From assembly GCA_041500225.1 (NCBI GenBank), contig JBGQLV010000001.1, forward strand, positions 10,841 to 74,840: 64,000 bases of DNA, in the 5' to 3' direction. The translations under genes and the position numbers were made by a program. The notes under the pieces were generated by a model. It was not told the origin of the DNA, did no database searches, and saw only the letters and a list, made by a program, of their open reading frames with translations. This document shows, one piece after another, positions 58,451 to 64,000 of the stretch (positions are counted from its first letter, which is position 1; every line of letters starts with the position of its first letter). Origin of the DNA: Thermodesulfovibrionia bacterium. Its GTDB lineage: Bacteria > Nitrospirota > Thermodesulfovibrionia > Thermodesulfovibrionales > SM23-35.

Positions 58451-59323
58451 ATGAAAAAAGATATAAACAGGACTGCGCCAACTATAGGGGTAGTAGCCAT
58501 CAGCCGCAATGAAAAAATGGATCTGCCGGCATTTTTTGAACATCTTTTGCCATGGGTAGATGAAATAGTCATAGTGGACGACGGATCGACCGACGGGACC
58601 AAAGAACTGATCAAAAAAGCCGGACCGAAGGTCAGACTTATCGAACAGGAGATGGACAAGGACTCTGGTTTTGCGGGACAGAGAAACCGGGGCATTCAGG
58701 AGTCAGGGGCCGACTGGCTGCTCCATATGGATATAGATGAGCGGGTACCTCCGGCGTTGGCAACTGAGATTATCTCAGCAATTCAGAACGATCGATTCTA
58801 TGCCTACCGCTATAGGCGCCTGAACTTTTTTCTGCACAGGCCCATGAAAGCCGGTGGATTCCAGGATTGGAACAATCCGCAACTCGCGCGGAGAGGTAAG
58901 CATTACTTTGAGAATGCTGTCCACGAAAATTGCGTTGTTCAAGATGCCCCGGGATCAATAGGACAACTCAAGGAGAAGATGTGGCACTTGAACGACGAGA
59001 GCTACAGGGAGCGGATGGAGAAGAGTTTGGTCTACTGCCAGGAACAAGCAAGGCGGTTGGCTAAGAGAGGCATCAGAATGCGGTGGTACCACCTGGTTCT
59101 GCTGCCCATAGCCGAGTTCCTGCGCAAGATGGTAAAAAAGCGCGGTTACCGCGACGGGACCACAGGCTTGCTGTTTGCCTTGCATTCTTGTTGCGCCATG
59201 TTCCGTGCCTGCGCCCTCGTTTGGGATGACCAGAACCCTGTGTCCAGGATGGCCATCGAAGAACGACTTCAGGCCCTGTGGAAGGTAAGGGGTGAAGAAG
59301 CTCTGGGGCGTAAAGAATTATAG
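58451..59323 (+). CDS. GT2-family glycosyltransferase
   Basis: IGVVAISRNEKMDLPAFFEHLLPWVDEIVIVDDGSTDGT...HMDIDE. Confidence 0.75.
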   Translation: MKKDINRTAPTIGVVAISRNEKMDLPAFFEHLLPWVDEIVIVDDGSTDGTKELIKKAGPKVRLIEQEMDKDSGFAGQRNRGIQESGADWLLHMDIDERVPPALATEIISAIQNDRFYAYRYRRLNFFLHRPMKAGGFQDWNNPQLARRGKHYFENAVHENCVVQDAPGSIGQLKEKMWHLNDESYRERMEKSLVYCQEQARRLAKRGIRMRWYHLVLLPIAEFLRKMVKKRGYRDGTTGLLFALHSCCAMFRACALVWDDQNPVSRMAIEERLQALWKVRGEEALGRKEL

Positions 59324-59326
59324 CCC

Positions 59327-60364
59327 TTGCAGGGATTCTTGGAAAATAAAGGCTTGGGTTTGAGTGACGTTTCAACTGAGTACGACCATAAAGCAGGATG
59401 GATATCCGCGGTTGTGCCCACTTACAACCGCTCGGAACTTCTGTTGGGCGCTCTGGAAAGCATCCGCAATCAGTCCTTCCGTCCGATTGAGATCGTGGTC
59501 GTAGATGACGGCTCTACCGATGACACACTTGTTGTTGTAAGTGAATGGACTCGGAAGAATGAGGAGGCGGGAGCTTTAGTCGTTCGCTGCGTGAGGCAAG
59601 CGAACTTGGGTGCCAATGCCGCCAGGAACCGCGGCATCCGGGAATCACACGGCGAGTTCATTGCCTTTCTGGACAGTGACGATCGATGGTTGCCGGATAA
59701 GCTGGCAAAACAGATTCCCGTCTTGCAGGAGGATGCGGATATAGGGGGCGTCTATTGTGGCCTGCGAAATGTTGATCTGGTCACGGGGAATCAGTATCCG
59801 ACCGAGCCCCGGGCATATCCTGTAGGAAACCTTCTTCAGAAACTTCTTATTCATGATGTTACCGAAGCAACATCCTGTTGGGTCGTCAGGAAGGAATGCT
59901 TTGAGCGAGTCGGCACCTTTGATGTGACTTTACCAGCCCGGCAGGACTGGGATATGTGGATTCGGCTCTCTGAAAAATACAGGATTGGATGTGTGCCCGA
60001 GATTCTGGTTGAGTTGGGGAACCATCCCGGTGAACGAGTGCGGTCAAAAGCACAAAGGGAAATCGAAGCCCATCAGATCATTTTTCGCAAGTATGCTTCC
60101 TTGCGGGCACGGTTCCCCCTGTGGGTTAGCCTGGCCGCTCGTTCGGCGATGTACAGGAGGCGTGGGCGCGTCTATTTTCACCGCGGTATCTCGAAGAAAA
60201 GGGCCGTCTTTATGCAACTAATGGCCATCTTTATCTGGCCCTTTAATTTTGACTCTTACGCAGCCTTAGCCGGTATGGCGCTACCAAAGAAATTTCGACA
60301 GAAATTTCACCTTGCCTGGAATCGTATTTTTGGAAAAACCAAATTGGCGATCAAAACGCACTAA
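59327..60364 (+). CDS. GT2-family glycosyltransferase
   Basis: ISAVVPTYNRSELLLGALESIRNQSFRPIEIVVVDDGSTDDT, FLDSDD. Non-ATG start, exact start uncertain. Confidence 0.75.
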   Translation: MQGFLENKGLGLSDVSTEYDHKAGWISAVVPTYNRSELLLGALESIRNQSFRPIEIVVVDDGSTDDTLVVVSEWTRKNEEAGALVVRCVRQANLGANAARNRGIRESHGEFIAFLDSDDRWLPDKLAKQIPVLQEDADIGGVYCGLRNVDLVTGNQYPTEPRAYPVGNLLQKLLIHDVTEATSCWVVRKECFERVGTFDVTLPARQDWDMWIRLSEKYRIGCVPEILVELGNHPGERVRSKAQREIEAHQIIFRKYASLRARFPLWVSLAARSAMYRRRGRVYFHRGISKKRAVFMQLMAIFIWPFNFDSYAALAGMALPKKFRQKFHLAWNRIFGKTKLAIKTH

Positions 60365-60403
60365 CACTATTCCCATCATCAAACACGCAGGAGAGGAATA
60401 TCT

Positions 60404-61543
60404 TTGCATATAGCCTTCTTTTCAAATCAGTTTGCTGATCGACAGGGGCATGGCATAGCGCGTTATGCACATCAACTCTTTGAAGCTTTACTTCAAGTCC
60501 GGCCAACGCTTAAGGTGACACCGGTTGCAGCATGGAGTAGTCGTGATGCCGATGGCATAAGAGAACTTCGGGAAAAGAGCGGTCTCAAACTGCTGCCCTG
60601 GGGCAGACGATGGACGCCTTTGGCTTGGACTTTTATTGATAGGCCGCCTATTGAACACTGGATAGGGAATGATATAGACCTGGTTCATGCTGTTTCACTT
60701 GGTTACCCTGTCTCGACACGAAAGCCCTATGTTGTAACGGTTCATGATATTGGCCCGTTAACTCATCCTGAATTTTTCTCAAACACACGGCCCTGGGTAA
60801 TGAAGCGAAGTTTAAAACAAGCTTTGAAAAAAGCGGCTGCAATTATTTGTGTTTCAAAGTCAACAGCTGACGACCTTGAGTCTTACGTTGGACGCAGTTT
60901 AAACGAACGCCTCCATGTTGTTCCCGAGGGTGTTTCGCCTCAGTTTTTTGAGGCTAAAAATCCCGACTGTCTCGCATCGCTAACCGGTTTGCCGGAGCCG
61001 GGTACCCCTTTTATCGTAGCGACCGGGAAAATTAGTCCGCGCAAGAATGTTGGGCGTATCATTAAGGCACTGTCTAAACTTAATGGAATGATTCCCCACC
61101 ATCTGATCCTGGTCGGCGGCAGCGGATGGGACATGGAAGAAGTGCTTAAAGAAATGAATAAATCTACTGTTGCCGGACGAGTTCACCTAATCGGGTATGT
61201 GTCAGACGAACAGTTACACGCGCTTTATAGTTCTGCAAGTGCATACGTGCATCCTTCACTATTTGAAGGGTTTGGTCTTACGGTGTTAGAGGCTATGGCG
61301 GCTGGTTGCCCGGTTGTGACATCGAATGTCAGCTCTTTACCAGAGGTAGCCGGCGACGCGGCCCTGCTTGTTGATCCGTATGACGTAGATACCATCGCTG
61401 AGGCGATTAAGTCTTTATGTTCGGATTTTTCACTTGCTGCGGATCTTGTCAAACGAGGGCGGACCAGAGCGAGAGCCTTTACCTGGGAGCGGTGCGCCGA
61501 ACAAGTGGCTTGTATTTATCAAAGGGTCGTCGCGAGGAAATGA
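60404..61543 (+). CDS. GT4-family glycosyltransferase
   Basis: FEGFGLTVLEAMAAGCPVVTSNVSSLPEV. TTG start after AGGAGAGG. Confidence 0.8.
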   Translation: MHIAFFSNQFADRQGHGIARYAHQLFEALLQVRPTLKVTPVAAWSSRDADGIRELREKSGLKLLPWGRRWTPLAWTFIDRPPIEHWIGNDIDLVHAVSLGYPVSTRKPYVVTVHDIGPLTHPEFFSNTRPWVMKRSLKQALKKAAAIICVSKSTADDLESYVGRSLNERLHVVPEGVSPQFFEAKNPDCLASLTGLPEPGTPFIVATGKISPRKNVGRIIKALSKLNGMIPHHLILVGGSGWDMEEVLKEMNKSTVAGRVHLIGYVSDEQLHALYSSASAYVHPSLFEGFGLTVLEAMAAGCPVVTSNVSSLPEVAGDAALLVDPYDVDTIAEAIKSLCSDFSLAADLVKRGRTRARAFTWERCAEQVACIYQRVVARK

Positions 61544-61582
61544 AGTGTTTAGAGGCGACTATAGTCATACAGAAAACAAGAA

Positions 61583-62563
61583 ATGATCTCAGACGAAGGC
61601 ATTTTTACAGTATCACTTGATTTTGAACTCTATTGGGGGGTTCGAAATAGTCGGACAATACAGCAATATGCAAATAATCTTCTTGGCGTCAGAAACGCTG
61701 TAAAAGAAATACTGATGGCTTTTTACGATTATGACATCCATGCCACTTGGGCTGTCGTGGGGTTTCTGTTTTTCCCAGATGTTGAAAGTTTAAGGAAAAA
61801 TTTACCAAGTAAACTTCCACATTATGTTAATCCCTCCCTATCACCATATCGGTATATCAATGAATCTGATACATTAGAAACGGTATATCATTTTGCTCCC
61901 GATATAATTGATCTTATTTGTGAATATGATAATCAGGAGATTGGGACACATACCTTTTCTCATTACTACTGCTTGGAAAAGGGTCAAAACTCGGAGTCTT
62001 TTTATATGGATATATCTTCAGCAAAAAAGATAGCTGAAAATAGAGGGCTAAAATTAGAAAGTCTTGTATTCCCACGAAATCAGTGTAATAGCAAATTTCT
62101 ATCAATTTTAGTTGATCTAGGTATTAAATGTTATAGAGGAAACGAAAGTGGGTGGCTATATAGTGTTGTTAGCAAGGAAGATGATAATAAATTAAAGAGG
62201 GTATTGCGCCTAATAGACGCATATATAAATATCTCTGGGCACAACACATATAGCGTACACAAAGTGTCGCTGCAAAAGCCGTTTAATATTCCTTCCAGCA
62301 GATTTTTGCGTCCCTATTCAAAAAAGCTATTTTGGCTTGAAAATCTGCGATTGCAAAGAATAAAAAAGGCAATGTCTTACGCTGCAAAACACAAAACCAT
62401 ATTTCACCTTTGGTGGCATCCCCATAATTTTGGAACAAATACAACTCAAAACATCGCATTAATGAGAAAAATATTAGAACATTATAAGATGTTAAAAAGA
62501 AAGTATAACATGCAATCACTAAACATGGGTGAAATAGCCGATTTAATTGAGAAAAATCATTAA
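61583..62563 (+). CDS. Polysaccharide deacetylase (NodB/CE4-like)
   Basis: FTVSLDFELYWG, HATWAVVG, EIGTHTFSHYY motifs. Low GC again. Confidence 0.65.
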   Translation: MISDEGIFTVSLDFELYWGVRNSRTIQQYANNLLGVRNAVKEILMAFYDYDIHATWAVVGFLFFPDVESLRKNLPSKLPHYVNPSLSPYRYINESDTLETVYHFAPDIIDLICEYDNQEIGTHTFSHYYCLEKGQNSESFYMDISSAKKIAENRGLKLESLVFPRNQCNSKFLSILVDLGIKCYRGNESGWLYSVVSKEDDNKLKRVLRLIDAYINISGHNTYSVHKVSLQKPFNIPSSRFLRPYSKKLFWLENLRLQRIKKAMSYAAKHKTIFHLWWHPHNFGTNTTQNIALMRKILEHYKMLKRKYNMQSLNMGEIADLIEKNH

Positions 62564-62634
62564 ACCGAAAGAATGAAATGGTCATTTCCCGCAGTTGATT
62601 GTTGTCGTCATCTTACACTAAGGGAAAAACAGTT

Positions 62635-63819
62635 ATGCTGAATTTATGTATGCTTATAAATTCGTTAACACTCGGCGGAGCGGAAAAAATAGCAATAACC
62701 CTTTGCGAAGAATATAGAAAAGAGGGAATAAATGTTGTTTTCGTCTGTCTCGAGAAAGATGACTTTTATAAAATAAATAATAATAAAGTTTATTACCTGT
62801 CTGACCATACTGGAACAAATGAAAGTACACTAAAAAAATTATATTATCTTTTTGTATTTGCGTTACGATTGAAAAAATTTCTAAAAAAAGAGAATGTTTC
62901 TGTCGTCCAGAGTCACTTATATAGGGCAAATTACGTTAATGTTCTTGCAAAACTTCTTGGATCAGGCCATAAAGCACAGATTGTCAATCATGGAATCGTT
63001 AGCAGATATAAAAAGGAAAATTTGACCGGGAAAGTAAATCTTTTTTTAATTAAAAAGCTTTACAGCAGAGCGGATCAGGTAATTCTTAATTCAAAGGGAA
63101 TGATGTTAGATCTAAAAAGGATAGGCAAATTCCGGAATGATATGTGTGTTATTAATAATCCTTTTGATTTGAATGAAATATTGAGACTAAAGGAAGAGGC
63201 ATTTAAAGAGGATGAATTTGCTTTCAATAAAGAAAAAAAATATCTGATTGCCGTGGGACGTCTGGAAAAAGTCAAAAGAATCTCGGATATTATCAAAGCA
63301 TTTGGAAAGTTAAAGAAAATGTGTTGTGACGTAGAATTAATAATACTTGGCGATGGCTCAGAGGAAAAAAATATCCTGGATTTGATCGACAGGTTACAAC
63401 TGAAGGATAGGGTTCATTTGCCTGGCAGGATTACAAACCCATTTAAATATATTTCGAAGGCTGATATTTTGATATCAGCATCAGAGTATGAAGGGTTTTC
63501 TAATGTGATAGTTGAAGCACTGACTTCTGGTACGGCGGTAATATCAACAGATTGTGAAAGCGGCCCGAGAGAGATACTATCGCCAAAGAGTGATGTAAAT
63601 ATTAAGCTAAAACCCGGTGAGATAGAGTTTTCAGAATTTGGGGTACTGGTGCCTGTTGGCGATCATGAAACAATGGCTATGGCTGTGGAGGAGTTATTGT
63701 CTAAGAATAATATACTTAAAGAGTACTCGGAAAATGGGATTAAGAGAGCAAGAGAATTTGATAAAACATTGATCAAAGAAAAATATATTAACAATTTAAA
63801 ATTACTAATCGAAAAATAA
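62635..63819 (+). CDS. GT4-family glycosyltransferase
   Basis: MLNLCMLINSLTLGGAEK N-terminus. YEGFSNVIVEALTSGTAVISTDCESGPREIL. Start set at ATG 62635. Confidence 0.8.
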   Translation: MLNLCMLINSLTLGGAEKIAITLCEEYRKEGINVVFVCLEKDDFYKINNNKVYYLSDHTGTNESTLKKLYYLFVFALRLKKFLKKENVSVVQSHLYRANYVNVLAKLLGSGHKAQIVNHGIVSRYKKENLTGKVNLFLIKKLYSRADQVILNSKGMMLDLKRIGKFRNDMCVINNPFDLNEILRLKEEAFKEDEFAFNKEKKYLIAVGRLEKVKRISDIIKAFGKLKKMCCDVELIILGDGSEEKNILDLIDRLQLKDRVHLPGRITNPFKYISKADILISASEYEGFSNVIVEALTSGTAVISTDCESGPREILSPKSDVNIKLKPGEIEFSEFGVLVPVGDHETMAMAVEELLSKNNILKEYSENGIKRAREFDKTLIKEKYINNLKLLIEK

Positions 63820-63832
63820 TATATGGCCAGAA

Positions 63833-64000
63833 TTGCAATAGTACTAAACTCGTCCTGGAATATTTATAATTTTCGTTTATCGCTTTTAAATCGGTTAAGT
63901 GTGCTTGGTCATAAGATAATAGCAATAGCACCGGAAGATGAGTACACTAAAAAAATACCATATGAATTTCATCATGTTCCGATTAAATCACGGTCTACTA
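63833..64000 (+). CDS. Glycosyltransferase N-terminus (GT4/WbuB-like), 3'-truncated by the window end
   Basis: MARIAIVLNSSWNIYNFRLSLLNRL...GHKIIAIAP is a typical GT-B N-terminal pattern. The ORF is open to nt 64000. Confidence 0.5.

Noticed and set aside
57868-58695. 275-aa minus-strand ORF
   Set aside because: Antisense to the sulfotransferase and the start of a GT2 gene. No motifs or RBS. A shadow ORF of GC-rich coding sequence.
37746-61560. Genomic island of integrative-element or prophage type
   Set aside because: No integrase, transposase, att-like direct repeats or adjacent tRNA. The only tRNA is 26 kb away. Content is entirely glycan biosynthesis, so it is interpreted as recombinational cassette replacement.

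Overview
A 64-kb bacterial chromosomal window on a low-GC backbone. All calls come from reading the translations and the DNA by eye; no searches were run. Gene content (Hmc-type multihaem redox complex, two UGA/SECIS selenoprotein candidates) suggests an anaerobic Gram-negative of Desulfobacterota/Nitrospirota type, but this cannot be proven here.

Layout:
- 1-5.5 kb: Hmc-like transmembrane redox operon with a Sec-containing HdrD/HmcF-like Fe-S protein, a 16-haem cytochrome c, a Tat Fe-S subunit, an NrfD-like subunit and a small membrane ORF.
- 5.7-11.2 kb, minus strand: MerR regulator, then a translationally overlapped cdaA-cdaR-glmM-comEC string.
- 11.3 kb: initiator tRNA-Met.
- 11.5-18.2 kb: galE, a REC-GGDEF regulator, and a peptidoglycan-recycling set (GH3 NagZ-like, AmpG, DUF1460-like, NagA).
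- 18.2-21.1 kb: FecR-like secreted repeat protein, a glutaredoxin-fold selenoprotein absent from the ORF track, and a LysE exporter.
- 21.4 kb to the window end (>42 kb): one large same-strand polysaccharide/O-antigen-type locus headed by a NusG paralog. It holds rmlACDB, manB/manC, an EPS-type MarR, gmd/fcl, cysC, wzm/wzt and a UDP-sugar dehydrogenase. A compositionally mosaic central block follows at about 37.75-61.55 kb. That block holds an FdtD/FdtB-like 3-amino-sugar pathway, a PglK/MsbA-like ABC exporter, about 9 glycosyltransferases (two more follow the block), 2 pyruvyl transferases and 4 methyltransferase domains. It also holds an adenylating enzyme + carrier protein + GNAT + 2 hexapeptide acyltransferases, a Wzy/O-antigen-ligase-like protein and a sulfotransferase; a polysaccharide deacetylase lies just past its right edge.

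Most interesting signals:
1. A hairpin-TIR element carrying a GIY-YIG ORF, with ORF-less miniature copies and compensatory base changes in the hairpins.
2. Dispersed degenerate 6-8-nt tandem word arrays (STRR-like) that flank many genes and intrude in frame into wzt, fcl, nagA and possibly manC.
3. Two selenoprotein candidates with SECIS-like hairpins.
4. Two paralogous tiny membrane proteins bracketing the EPS regulator.
5. A carrier-protein-dependent acylation module plus a sulfation module inside an apparently horizontally replaced segment, whose left junction cuts a second wzm copy.

No CRISPR array, rRNA, integrase, transposase or recognisable defence system was seen.
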